Shown here: positions 10,473 through 19,687 of the stretch, in pieces
Numbering within the stretch: the first letter of the stretch is position 1
Layout of the letters: each line of letters starts with the position of its first letter
DNA from: Candidatus Beckwithbacteria bacterium
GTDB taxonomy: Bacteria; Patescibacteriota; Microgenomatia; UBA1400; UBA1449
Length of the DNA: 64,000 nt
Reading direction: 5' to 3'
Assembly: GCA_012797845.1 (NCBI GenBank)
Contig: JAAZOH010000004.1
Location: 1,658-65,657 of the forward strand
Notes under the pieces: model-generated
Told to the model about the DNA's origin: nothing
The model's database searches: none
Seen by the model: only the letters and a program-made list of their open reading frames with translations
Program-made: the position numbers and the translations under genes

Positions 10473-11954
10473 TTAGACTTTCTCAGTAACACGATACTCA
10501 ATGTAGCGGCCCAACATAAGTCTAGTATGGGCATCAAGACCAGGTAGAGCTGAGAAGAAAAAGCCCACTACTGGCAAAAGAATATATTCAAATGGAGTGA
10601 GTAGTTTTTTCCAGAGCTTAACTTCTTTTTTACCAGGACGTTGGGTAAAATCAACCACAATAATTAAAAGCATTGAAAGCAGAGAAACTGTTAAAATTGC
10701 TGATGAAGTTTGAGGTAGGCTTTTACCTATCACGGTTCTGGCAAAATCTGGATTTAAAAGGGGTGGCAATGTAGCTCCAATAGTGATAGCAAACCAGTTG
10801 ACTGGCCATAAAAAATGATCTTCAACCACTTTTAGCACCCTAATGGTTTTATCCCAAAAAGGAATTTGTTTAGCCTTAAGCCACTGCATAATAATATACG
10901 GATCATCTGAGGTGCCCCAGGCCCAGCGCTTAACTTGCTCATACTGGTTGACCATAGTTTTTTTAAAGTTTCTAGAGTTAGCAGCATCGGCATGGACTGG
11001 TAAGAAAATAGGTTCAACCGAGACTTTACCATCTGTTTTGAAATAGGCTTTGAAAAAGAGTCGGTAATCTTCTGGAATTACATCTGTATCCCAGTAACCA
11101 ATTCGGTCAATTAACTTTAAAGAAGTAGAATAAGTTGAAAAGTTAATTAACCTATCTTTGCGGTTTAGCATGCCAATTTGGACAATGCTGGCATTGGTGG
11201 CAAAAACCCGGATCGGAGCTGGAATATCCCAGATATTGTTGTAGTACAAAATAGCTGGTTGCCAAAAGCGTTCATAACGCTTAGGATCATCGAGAAATTT
11301 ATATGTTAACGTAGCAAAATACTGCTCATTAAAACGAGCGTCAACATCCTCGCTGCTGATGGTGCAATAGTCAATATCAAAACCCTGTTTATCAATAATT
11401 TCTTTCTTGGCAACTTTAGAAGCCCAAGCCATATTGGAAGATTTACCTACCACTTCTCCCTCTAAAACTGGATGAAAAGTACCGATAAAATTAGCAAACT
11501 TTTTACCGTATTTTTGTTTAAGCGTTTTGTATTTTTTTTGGGCTTCAGGTCCTTCCCGCTCTTCAAATCCTAGGACGATATGGATATTTTTAGTCGGAAA
11601 GGTCTGTGCGACCAAGGCATCTAAAGTTCTTTCTAAAATATATTGTGGTTCACAGTAGTTAGGGATAATGACAATGTGCTGAACTTTTTGCCAATCACCA
11701 AAATCTTTAACATCCCGCATCCAATCGTATTTTTGAAAAGCTTTAATTTTAAAATAAGATAAGGTGGCTAAAATACCTAAACTTAGTGAGCGGTATAGCC
11801 AGTATACGTCAAAAGCTAAAATGTAATAAGCTACTGCTACCGGTATTAACAACGATCCCCATATTGGAAATAAAATCAGCGACCAAGAAACAAAACCAGG
11901 GACGATTTCTAAAAAGCGAAGCAAGCGTTGATCTTTTTTAGTCTGAATATCCAT
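10473..11954 (-). CDS. Membrane-embedded family-2 glycosyltransferase (processive, cellulose-synthase/PgaC-like topology).
   Basis: N-terminal TM pair, then a GT-A region (IIPNYCEP...DALVAQTFP, a DxD-type context) and C-terminal TM helices. 493 aa. Confidence 0.6.
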   Translation of the reverse strand: MDIQTKKDQRLLRFLEIVPGFVSWSLILFPIWGSLLIPVAVAYYILAFDVYWLYRSLSLGILATLSYFKIKAFQKYDWMRDVKDFGDWQKVQHIVIIPNYCEPQYILERTLDALVAQTFPTKNIHIVLGFEEREGPEAQKKYKTLKQKYGKKFANFIGTFHPVLEGEVVGKSSNMAWASKVAKKEIIDKQGFDIDYCTISSEDVDARFNEQYFATLTYKFLDDPKRYERFWQPAILYYNNIWDIPAPIRVFATNASIVQIGMLNRKDRLINFSTYSTSLKLIDRIGYWDTDVIPEDYRLFFKAYFKTDGKVSVEPIFLPVHADAANSRNFKKTMVNQYEQVKRWAWGTSDDPYIIMQWLKAKQIPFWDKTIRVLKVVEDHFLWPVNWFAITIGATLPPLLNPDFARTVIGKSLPQTSSAILTVSLLSMLLIIVVDFTQRPGKKEVKLWKKLLTPFEYILLPVVGFFFSALPGLDAHTRLMLGRYIEYRVTEKV

Positions 11955-11975
11955 ATACGGGTTTAGTATTAGTAT

Positions 11976-12758
11976 CTAGTATTTGCCCTCCAGAGAAAAG
12001 AGCAGGTTTACATTTTGGGTTGTTTGAGCAGCTACTTCTTCCAAGCTAAGCTGTTTTAATTCGGCCAGTTTTTGGGCTGTATAAATTAGGTTAGCGGGCT
12101 CATTAGGATAGCGTTTTTCTTGCCTAACAGGTTCTGGTACTAGGTACGGGCTGTCAGTTTCTAAGACAATGCGGTCTAGAGGAATAGTTTTTACCACTTC
12201 CTGTAGCCCTGTTTCATAGGTTAGTAAACCACCAATTCCTAAATAAAAACCCATTTCTAAAGCTCTTTTAGCAAATTTTTTACTACCTGTAAAGCAATGT
12301 AAAACTCCAGGTGCTATTTGTAAGTTGGCAGCTTCAACAAGATCTAAAATTTCATTACTGGCTTTACGGTTATGAATTACTAAAGGTAGCTGGTATTGTT
12401 TGGCCCATTCTAAATGCTGTTTAAATAATTGAAGTTGAGCTTCCTGTTGGTTTTTCGCTTGAGCATCGGCAAAATCTAGGCCAGTTTCACCGATTGCTAC
12501 CACTTGTTTCCCTTTCTCTGCTAACAATTTTTCTATTGCTTTAGCCTGTGAAGGCCAGTCTCTAGCTGCTTCTTCCGGATATATCCCTAAAGCTACGTAA
12601 ATACCGACATGTTTTTTAGCCAGATTTAAGACTTTTTCAGCTGACTCGGCATTAACGGTCGGATTAACGATTATCTCTATTCCTGAAGTCTTAGCTTGGG
12701 CTATGGCTTCATCAGGATTATCTAAATATTCAAGATGACAATGGGAATCGATTAACAT
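11976..12758 (-). CDS. tatD: TatD-family metal-dependent hydrolase/DNase.
   Basis: MLIDSHCHLEY...GETGLDF...VLHCF...ETDSPY are the canonical TatD motifs. Confidence 0.85.
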   Translation of the reverse strand: MLIDSHCHLEYLDNPDEAIAQAKTSGIEIIVNPTVNAESAEKVLNLAKKHVGIYVALGIYPEEAARDWPSQAKAIEKLLAEKGKQVVAIGETGLDFADAQAKNQQEAQLQLFKQHLEWAKQYQLPLVIHNRKASNEILDLVEAANLQIAPGVLHCFTGSKKFAKRALEMGFYLGIGGLLTYETGLQEVVKTIPLDRIVLETDSPYLVPEPVRQEKRYPNEPANLIYTAQKLAELKQLSLEEVAAQTTQNVNLLFSLEGKY

Positions 12759-12788
12759 AACTAAAAACTTAGAACTAAAAAGTAAAAA

Positions 12789-14204
12789 TTATATTCTAGG
12801 AAAAAGTGGCTTGGTTGGTGGTGTTACCTTATTACTAAAAACTTCTAGGATTGTTTCTGAAGTCTGAGGTAAAAAGGGTTGTAAATTATAAGCAATAGCT
12901 TTGACCTCTTGAGATAAATGAGTCAAAACTTCTTGTGCTTTGTTACCAGATAAGCTCCATGGTTGGGTTTTATTGATTGCCTGGTCAGTTTCCTGAATTT
13001 TTTTCCAGACAGCCTCAATACTTAGGTGAAATTCAAACTTATCTAGATGCTTAGCCATAGTTTTATCAAAACCAGCTTCTTTTTCCTCAGAAACAAATAG
13101 GTTATTTTTAGCAGCCATGGTAGCTACCCGCTGGACCAGATTGCCTAGACCATTAGCCAAATCTGCATTATAAATTTCCTCAAAACGCTCATAGGAAAAG
13201 TCGCCGTCTTTAAAGGGGTGAATTTCTTTAAGTAAATAGTAACGGGTAGCATCAGCACCATACTTGGCAACTACTTCATATGGGTCAATGACATTACCTA
13301 AGCTTTTGCTCATTTTTTGTCCGCCAGAGGTAATAAAACCATGAATCAAGATTTGAGTGGAATTTGGTAAACCAGCCGATAAAAGCATAGCTTGCCACAT
13401 GGCACTTTGCTGACGCAAGTTATCTTTACCAGCCAGTTGCATTCCAGGCCAAAACTTTTCAAATGTTTCCTGGTCTTGAGGCCAGCCTAGAGTGGAAATG
13501 TAATTGATCAAAGCATCAAACCAAACGTACATGACATGATTGGGATCATTTGGTACCGCAATACCCCAAGGCATTTTAGTTTTAAGCCGGGAAATACTAA
13601 AATCCTGCAAGCCAGCTTCGACAAATTTAACTATCTCTTTTTGACGCCAGGAAGGAAGAATAAAATGTGGGTTATCCTGATACAGTTTCAGTAGTGATTG
13701 CTGATATTTAGAAAAGCGAAAAAAGTAATTTTCTTCTTCTCTAGTTTCCAGCTCTAAAGTTGGATGTAAAGGGCACTTACCGTTTTCCAGCTCGCTATCT
13801 TGTTTTTCCAGCTCGCAACCGACACAATATTTGATTTTGTACTTAGCTTTATAAATATCACCATTTTCTTGACATTTTAACCAAAACTCTTGAGCGGCTT
13901 TAATATGATGGGGATTAGTAGTTCTTATAAAAGCATCGTAGCTTAGGTTCAAGGCCTTTTTTAGGTTATCAAACTTTTGAGCGTATTCATCACAGTAAGC
14001 TTGAGGGTCTTTATCTTGCTCTAAGCTTTTTTGATAGATTTTTTGACCATGTTCATCAGTGCCAGTATTGAAAAAAACTTCATTACCTAAAAGTCGTTGG
14101 TAGCGGGCAATAGTATCAGCCTGGACAATTTCCAAAGCAAAGCCAATGTGTGGGTCAGCGTTAACGTAAGGGAGCGTAGTAGTAAGATAAAATGGTTTTT
14201 TCAC
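12789..14204 (-). CDS. metG: Methionyl-tRNA synthetase (short form).
   Basis: Class-I HIGH (PHIGF) and KMSKS (KMSKSLGN) motifs, CxxC zinc knuckles and an anticodon-binding region. Confidence 0.9.
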   Translation of the reverse strand: MKKPFYLTTTLPYVNADPHIGFALEIVQADTIARYQRLLGNEVFFNTGTDEHGQKIYQKSLEQDKDPQAYCDEYAQKFDNLKKALNLSYDAFIRTTNPHHIKAAQEFWLKCQENGDIYKAKYKIKYCVGCELEKQDSELENGKCPLHPTLELETREEENYFFRFSKYQQSLLKLYQDNPHFILPSWRQKEIVKFVEAGLQDFSISRLKTKMPWGIAVPNDPNHVMYVWFDALINYISTLGWPQDQETFEKFWPGMQLAGKDNLRQQSAMWQAMLLSAGLPNSTQILIHGFITSGGQKMSKSLGNVIDPYEVVAKYGADATRYYLLKEIHPFKDGDFSYERFEEIYNADLANGLGNLVQRVATMAAKNNLFVSEEKEAGFDKTMAKHLDKFEFHLSIEAVWKKIQETDQAINKTQPWSLSGNKAQEVLTHLSQEVKAIAYNLQPFLPQTSETILEVFSNKVTPPTKPLFPRI

Positions 14205-14271
14205 GATAACCGTATTGTAACAGATATGTAGGCAAGTTATAATCGTTCTTTGTTGTTATAAAAAACTACCT

Positions 14272-14338
14272 GTGTCATTTCAATTGGAGCAGAAAAATCT
14301 TACAAAAAGATCTTTCAACTTTTGTTTAAGATGACAAC
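14272..14338. repeat. Palindromic repeat family, copy H0 (degenerate).
   Basis: GTGTCATTTCAATTGGAGCAGAAAAATCT-tacaaaa-AGATCTTTCAACTTTTGTTTAAGATGACAAC. It shares the outer GTGTCAT/ATGACA(A)C and inner AGATCTTTC words with copies at 46.2-46.8 kb, 57.9 kb and 63.7 kb. It ends 5 nt before the ATG at 14344. Confidence 0.6.
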
Positions 14339-14343
14339 TACTA

Positions 14344-15126
14344 ATGGCTACTTTTCTTCACTTGATTACTGATTATGGTACTGGTGATCCAGCCTTTGCC
14401 GAAGTTGAGCAACGTTTACTTAGTCTTAATCCTGATTTTTATCTTATTAAAACCTCGGTACCATCTTTTAACACCATTGCTACTGGTTTTTGGATCAATC
14501 AATTTGCTTTAGGTGATCATCCACAAAATATGATGATCTATTCCAATACGGCTCCAAGGAAAGATGATACTAAAAAACGTAAAGAAAATGCTGGGGAACA
14601 TTTTATTTATGCTCAGCTTAAGAATGGTATGGAAATATGTGCGGTCAATGCTGGCTACTGTTTTTCCTTTATTAAACCCCATATTAAAAGTTTACATGCA
14701 CTTAATGTAGCCAATCATGGTTCACAGTTTCGGTCTCGGGATTTTTACCCAGAAGCTGTAGCGGCAATTGCTAAAGGCGATACCAAACTGATTGGTCACA
14801 AAATGGATATTGCAAACATTCCGAACGAACCTAAAAACCGGATTGCTTGGGTGGATGGCTATGGCAACATCAAAACAACTATCCGTAAATCTCAGGTTAC
14901 TTTTAAAGAAGGGGCTAAAGTCCAGATTATTGTCGATGGCGTAGTTCGGACAGCTTTGGTAACTGGGGGTATTTTCTCAGTAGCTGAGGGAGAACTGGCT
15001 TTTTCTCAAGGCAGTTCTGGTCACGACGATCCTTTTATGGAGATTTTCCTGCGAGGTGGCAATACCTACCGCCATTTCAATAAACCCAGTGTACACGCTG
15101 AAATTGAATTGCGGGAAATTCAATAA
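14344..15126 (+). CDS. SAM hydroxide adenosyltransferase-like protein (DUF62, fluorinase/chlorinase-related family).
   Basis: N-terminal LITDYGTGDP (family hallmark TDFG). C-terminal WVDGYGNIKT and LAFSQGSSG...EIFLRGGN match the conserved DUF62 C-terminal barrel motifs. Confidence 0.6.
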   Translation: MATFLHLITDYGTGDPAFAEVEQRLLSLNPDFYLIKTSVPSFNTIATGFWINQFALGDHPQNMMIYSNTAPRKDDTKKRKENAGEHFIYAQLKNGMEICAVNAGYCFSFIKPHIKSLHALNVANHGSQFRSRDFYPEAVAAIAKGDTKLIGHKMDIANIPNEPKNRIAWVDGYGNIKTTIRKSQVTFKEGAKVQIIVDGVVRTALVTGGIFSVAEGELAFSQGSSGHDDPFMEIFLRGGNTYRHFNKPSVHAEIELREIQ

Positions 15127-15127
15127 A

Positions 15128-16507
15128 CTATTGGTGAACAGCAATAACTTTTATTTTGCAAAATTCTTGCATCCCAATTTTGCCATACTCTTTACCCATA
15201 CCACTTTGTTTAAAACCACCAAAAGGACACTCTGGTTTGAAAAAATCATCAGTATTAATGGCCACTGTACCGGCTTCAAGCTGAGCAGCCACTCGCTCAG
15301 CTTTAAGCAAATCTTTAGTATAAACCTCAGCGCTTAGGCCATATTCAGTTTGATTAGCCAATTTAATTACTTCTTCTTCGGTTGAAAAAGGAATGATGGG
15401 CAAAACTGGTCCAAAAACCTCCTCGGTCATCAATCTCATAGTAGGTTTAATCTTACTTACAATAGTTGGCTCAAAATAATTACCTTTGGCAATTTTTTGA
15501 TCTTTTGGCTGCTTTCCCCCGGTTACAATTTTGGCGCCTTTTTTATTGGCGTCGGCCAATTGATCTTTTAAAAGTTGCAGTTGTTTGATAGAAACAAGCG
15601 GGCCAATATCAGTTTTTTTATCTAGAGGATTGCCAATCTGAACAGTCTGTAATTTTTTGACAAATAAATTTACCACTTGAGGATAAATTGATTTTTCAAC
15701 GAAAAGACGTTTGATGGCAGTGCATACTTGACCACAATTTAAATAGCGAGCCCAATATAAATTATCCATAGCGTGATCTAAATCGGCATCAGCAAAAATA
15801 ATAGCCGGACTACTACCGCCCAGTTCCAGTAAAGCTTTGATAAATTTTTTACCAGCTTTTTCATAAATTTGCCGGCCTACTTTTGTACTACCCGTAAACC
15901 AAACCAGATCAATATCAGCATCAACTAAAGCTTGACCAACTGTACCATCACCAATTAAAAGATTAGCTACTCCTTCAGGTAAACCACTTTGATTGAGTAA
16001 ATCAACATTTAATTTTTGAGTTAGGCTCGTATATTCAGAAGGCTTAATGATAGTAGTATTGCCAGCAAGCAGAGCCGGAATTAAACCCGAGTTAACCATG
16101 GAAATAGGAAAATTCCAGGGAGCGATGCAAGCACAAACTCCATACGGTTCAAAAACCATTCTGAAATGATCCGGACCTTTTTTATAAACAGTCTCGTCAG
16201 CCAGAGCTTTAGGAGCAGTTGTAGTATAGTAGTCAAGGAATTCTAGTTCCCAAGTAACATCATCACGTGATTGTTGTATGGGTTTACCCATTTCCAGAGT
16301 TGTCAGCTTGGCAATTTTTTCTACGTTTTTTTCTAAAATTTTTCGGTATTTTTTGATATAACTAATTCGTTTTTCTAAAGGAACTTGTTGCCAAGTTTGA
16401 AAAGCCGCTTTAGCTTTTTTAATGGTTTTGTTAATTTCTATTTGTGATGAAAAAGGCAAACTGCCAACAACTGATTGATCATGAGGATTGATAGATTTTA
16501 AGATCAT
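15128..16507 (-). CDS. NAD(P)-dependent aldehyde dehydrogenase.
   Basis: FEPYGVCACIAPWNFP, the LELGGSSP glutamate region and the catalytic Cys in YLNCGQVCTA. Start set at the internal ATG (MILKSINP), which has a strong RBS AGGAAAGGA and lies 1 nt after the upstream gene's stop. The ORF-track TTG at 16552 is less likely. Confidence 0.8.
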   Translation of the reverse strand: MILKSINPHDQSVVGSLPFSSQIEINKTIKKAKAAFQTWQQVPLEKRISYIKKYRKILEKNVEKIAKLTTLEMGKPIQQSRDDVTWELEFLDYYTTTAPKALADETVYKKGPDHFRMVFEPYGVCACIAPWNFPISMVNSGLIPALLAGNTTIIKPSEYTSLTQKLNVDLLNQSGLPEGVANLLIGDGTVGQALVDADIDLVWFTGSTKVGRQIYEKAGKKFIKALLELGGSSPAIIFADADLDHAMDNLYWARYLNCGQVCTAIKRLFVEKSIYPQVVNLFVKKLQTVQIGNPLDKKTDIGPLVSIKQLQLLKDQLADANKKGAKIVTGGKQPKDQKIAKGNYFEPTIVSKIKPTMRLMTEEVFGPVLPIIPFSTEEEVIKLANQTEYGLSAEVYTKDLLKAERVAAQLEAGTVAINTDDFFKPECPFGGFKQSGMGKEYGKIGMQEFCKIKVIAVHQ

Positions 16508-16508
16508 A

Positions 16509-16829
16509 TTATTTATCCTTTCCTTTATTACGATAGATAAAAATTTGGCCAATAATAATGGCAGTGGTAATAATTCCTAAACCCTGTCCAAGAACAAGAA
16601 CTACATCTTTTTGTAAAATGCCGTGAATAGTCCACAAACAATAGGCAACAAAAGAAAGAATCATGAAGGTACTAGATAAACCTTTGGTGGATTTGCGATG
16701 GTAGTTTTTTCTGATTTGGTCTGGGAGACCAATGATTTTAACGAGAATTCCAATTATTAAAGTTAAAAAGCCTATTATTCCGGCAAAAGTTATTGATTGT
16801 AACAAAACCATACTTTCATTGTATACCAT
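16509..16829 (-). CDS. Small 3-TM membrane protein (PQ-loop/SemiSWEET-like or LAB_N-like).
   Basis: 106 aa with three hydrophobic helices and a basic C-terminal tail. Translationally coupled to the aldehyde dehydrogenase. Confidence 0.45.
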   Translation of the reverse strand: MVYNESMVLLQSITFAGIIGFLTLIIGILVKIIGLPDQIRKNYHRKSTKGLSSTFMILSFVAYCLWTIHGILQKDVVLVLGQGLGIITTAIIIGQIFIYRNKGKDK

Positions 16830-17005
16830 TGCTGTTTATTAGACTTATTACAAAATGAGCAAATATACCCAAACTTGTCTTTTTGTCAATTTTCGTCGTC
16901 ACTCAACACCTCAGGTACGGTTAGTACCATCAGTATTGAGTTCCTTGAAAATTGGCCAAAAATCCTACGTTTTGCTAACATTTTTTATTTTGCAATAAGT
17001 CTAAC

Positions 17006-17365
17006 TTACTTACCAAACCAGCCAGTGATTTTATCAGCCCACTTACTGGCCCATTCTTCAGCTTTAATGTAGGTGAGAGCTAGGGTAAAACCAGGCCGTT
17101 TTTCTTCAATAGCTTTTTGAACACTAGCAATAGTGGCTGAAGAAACTTTAACTTCTTTTTTGATGTCTTCGTAAGATTTACCTTTATTAAGATAAATGAT
17201 AATAGCCAAGCGTTTTGCTAAAGCAATATGCTCGGTTTCGGTTAAGAAATCATTTAAAAAAGTTTGAGCCTTATCTTTTTTAGTAATATCAGCAATGAGT
17301 TGAGCGAAAATTTCTTTGAGTTGACTTTCAAATTTTGGATCAAGCTGACGTTTGCTTATTTGCAT
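17006..17365 (-). CDS. TrpR-like / YerC-YecD family DNA-binding protein.
   Basis: 119 aa. The central helix-turn-helix-like region (TEHIALAKRLAIIIYLNKGKSYEDIKKEVKVSSATIASV) is typical of the Trp-repressor-related YerC family. Confidence 0.6.
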   Translation of the reverse strand: MQISKRQLDPKFESQLKEIFAQLIADITKKDKAQTFLNDFLTETEHIALAKRLAIIIYLNKGKSYEDIKKEVKVSSATIASVQKAIEEKRPGFTLALTYIKAEEWASKWADKITGWFGK

Positions 17366-17789
17366 GTTCTGGGTCCGGAACAGGAGGACTTTGATTATTT
17401 AAATTCTTGCTTTGTAGCTTAACATTAGTTTCTGAAGCTGTAAAGAAATAAATCAAAGCAATTACTAGTCCGACGATAAATAGGGGGTTTATCCAATCTC
17501 GAAAACCAAACAAGCGAAGAACTAAAATAGCAACTAGCCCCAAAGAAGGTAATAGTAAAAAAACCATTTTAGATATAAAAATATTAATAGTTAAACTCAG
17601 AGAAGCAACCAGTAATATAAAAAAAGGAGCATAGTAATAATCAACCCAGGTTTTTGGCTCCACAAAAAGGACTACGTAACCAAAAATCAACCAAGCAGCA
17701 ATAGCTAAAATTAATTTAGTAATGAGGGATTTCTTCGAGCTGGTGCGGTACTTAGTTTTTTTTCGAGGCATTACGTCTATTGTACACAA
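17340..17789 (-). CDS. Hypothetical membrane protein.
   Basis: Basic N-terminus followed by 4 TM helices. Its 3' end overlaps the start of the YerC-like gene. Confidence 0.4.
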   Translation of the reverse strand: MCTIDVMPRKKTKYRTSSKKSLITKLILAIAAWLIFGYVVLFVEPKTWVDYYYAPFFILLVASLSLTINIFISKMVFLLLPSLGLVAILVLRLFGFRDWINPLFIVGLVIALIYFFTASETNVKLQSKNLNNQSPPVPDPEHANKQTSA

Positions 17790-17822
17790 GAATTAGTAAT
17801 TTGGTGGTAGAATGGTTAGGCT

Positions 17823-18806
17823 ATGGTGAGTACTGAATTTATCATTTTTGCTGCTCTAATTATTCTTTTACTAGTAGCCTTTTTATTTATTATTTTGTCT
17901 CAAATAAAAAAGCTGCAAAAAAGTACTTCATCTGATCAAACGCTCATTCAATGGTTGCAATCCATGCAACAGTCTCTTAATCAAAATAATAAAAATATTA
18001 ACGACACTTTGGCCCAAACTACAGCTACCATTAATCGGCGTTTAGATAATACGATTGGTGTCATGACCGAAGCGTCTAGAGAAGTAGCGCGAATGAATGA
18101 GCTAGGCCAATCAATTAAAGATTTACAACTATTACTCCAATCACCTAAATTGCGAGGTGGTATTGGTGAGGAAGTGCTGGCTGATATGCTGGCTCAAATT
18201 TTCCCCAAAGGCAGTTTTTTTCTCCAGCACGGCTTTAAATCTGGAGCCAAAGTGGATGCAGCTATCAAAACTACGGCCGGTCTCTTATGCATTGATGCCA
18301 AATTTCCCATGGAAAATTTCCAAAAAAAGGTCAAAGCTGATACTGCTAAAGAGCGGGAGCAATTTGGTAAATTATTTACAGCCGATGTCAAAAAACATGT
18401 CAAAGATATTGCCAGTAAATATATTTTGGCAGATGAAGGGACAGTAGATTTTGCTTTTATGTATGTGCCCTCAGAAACTATTTTTTACGAAATTGCTAAT
18501 ACACCGGAAATTTTAGACTTTGCCAAAAGAAACCGGGTTTATCCGGTTTCGCCCAATACCCTATATTTGCATTTACAAACTATTTTACTGTCATTTGAGG
18601 GCCAGAAAATTGAAGCCAGGGCTAAGCAAATTATGAGCCTGCTTAAAACTTTGCAAACTGATTATGGCAAGCTTGATGATAATTTGCAGATTTTAGGTAA
18701 GCACTTAAATAACGCTTCCAACCAATACGTCAATACTTCGCAACAATTTGGGCGTTTGGGTCAAAAGCTCAATCAGAGTGAATTACTGGAGGGTGGAGAA
18801 AAATAA
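17823..18806 (+). CDS. rmuC: DNA recombination protein RmuC.
   Basis: N-terminal TM, a long coiled coil, and the conserved C-terminal RmuC region (FAFMYVPSE...NRVYPVSPNTLY). Confidence 0.8.
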   Translation: MVSTEFIIFAALIILLLVAFLFIILSQIKKLQKSTSSDQTLIQWLQSMQQSLNQNNKNINDTLAQTTATINRRLDNTIGVMTEASREVARMNELGQSIKDLQLLLQSPKLRGGIGEEVLADMLAQIFPKGSFFLQHGFKSGAKVDAAIKTTAGLLCIDAKFPMENFQKKVKADTAKEREQFGKLFTADVKKHVKDIASKYILADEGTVDFAFMYVPSETIFYEIANTPEILDFAKRNRVYPVSPNTLYLHLQTILLSFEGQKIEARAKQIMSLLKTLQTDYGKLDDNLQILGKHLNNASNQYVNTSQQFGRLGQKLNQSELLEGGEK

Positions 18807-18808
18807 TT

Positions 18809-19171
18809 ATGAAAACAGTATTTTTATGCACGCCTCATAAATTAGGTCAACTTAATTTTGACTTGATTAAACGAATTGAAAAATTAGGCTTTAAAGTTTT
18901 ATGTGCTGTAACTCATAGTCCACAAAATGTTAGTTATCAACAAATGTTTCAGACTAACGTTAATCTCATCAAGCAAGCTGATATTTTTGTAGTGGTTTTG
19001 AAAGATTATGGTAAAGATCTGACGGCTGAAGTAGGAATGGCTTATGCCTGGCAAATCCCCAGTATAGGAATTGATTACAATGCTGATAAAACTGATGTAA
19101 TGAGCTATTATGCCTTGGATGAAATCATTAAACTAGAAGATTTAGAAAAGACTTTAGAAAAATATCGATAG
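18809..19171 (+). CDS. Nucleoside 2-deoxyribosyltransferase-like protein.
   Basis: 120 aa Rossmann-like. ADIFVVVLKDYGKDLTAEVGMAYA matches the NDT-family pattern (early Asp, then the acidic EVG-x-AYA segment). The start overlaps the rmuC stop. Confidence 0.5.
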   Translation: MKTVFLCTPHKLGQLNFDLIKRIEKLGFKVLCAVTHSPQNVSYQQMFQTNVNLIKQADIFVVVLKDYGKDLTAEVGMAYAWQIPSIGIDYNADKTDVMSYYALDEIIKLEDLEKTLEKYR

Positions 19172-19212
19172 CATGTCATTCTGAACTTGTTTCGGAATCC
19201 CAGTATTTAGAA

Positions 19213-19686
19213 ATGAATTATTGGAAAATTCCACCAAAAATAAAAATCTATGAAGCCATAGGCTGCATTGCTGATAAGAGAATTAAAATAACACAAGATA
19301 AAAAATCAGCTATAGTCAAGTCTTCTAGTGGCAATAAAAAATACCAAGTGTTTTACAAAAAAGAGAAACAGGAAATTCTGGCGAATGACAATGGATCATA
19401 TTGGCAAGGCTATCTAGGTTATCCAGCAATTGCTTTTTTGATAGAAATTGGCAAAATTGAGTATGACCAGAGCGTTAATAAATTTCTTAATAATTTAGCT
19501 TGGAAAGATATAAATGTTAAGTTTAAAAATGATTATCATAAAACTATTAGGTATGTTTTGACAAAAAATACCAATGAGGAAGATAAAGAAAAGCTTATTA
19601 ATGAGATTAATGGAATTTATAACCAGCTTAAGAATTTAAAACTTAAGAAACTTGAGAAAAATATTAAACCGCCAGTTGGTTACTAA
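19213..19686 (+). CDS. Hypothetical protein (AT-rich, Lys-rich).
   Basis: 157 aa ORF with no recognisable motifs. Its stop lies 1 nt before the helicase-nuclease ATG. Confidence 0.4.
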   Translation: MNYWKIPPKIKIYEAIGCIADKRIKITQDKKSAIVKSSSGNKKYQVFYKKEKQEILANDNGSYWQGYLGYPAIAFLIEIGKIEYDQSVNKFLNNLAWKDINVKFKNDYHKTIRYVLTKNTNEEDKEKLINEINGIYNQLKNLKLKKLEKNIKPPVGY

Positions 19687-19687
19687 T

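Noticed and set aside
15056-15337. 93 aa plus-strand ORF at the DUF62 / aldehyde dehydrogenase junction.
   Set aside because: It overlaps the 3' end of the aldehyde dehydrogenase gene on the opposite strand, and its low-complexity sequence comes from the reverse complement of ALDH codons.
19173-19186. ATGTCATTCTGAAC, a partial match to the left terminal repeat of the palindromic family.
   Set aside because: Only a 10/13 match to one arm, with no inner inverted repeat or right arm nearby. It could be a solo remnant but cannot be distinguished from chance in AT-rich DNA.
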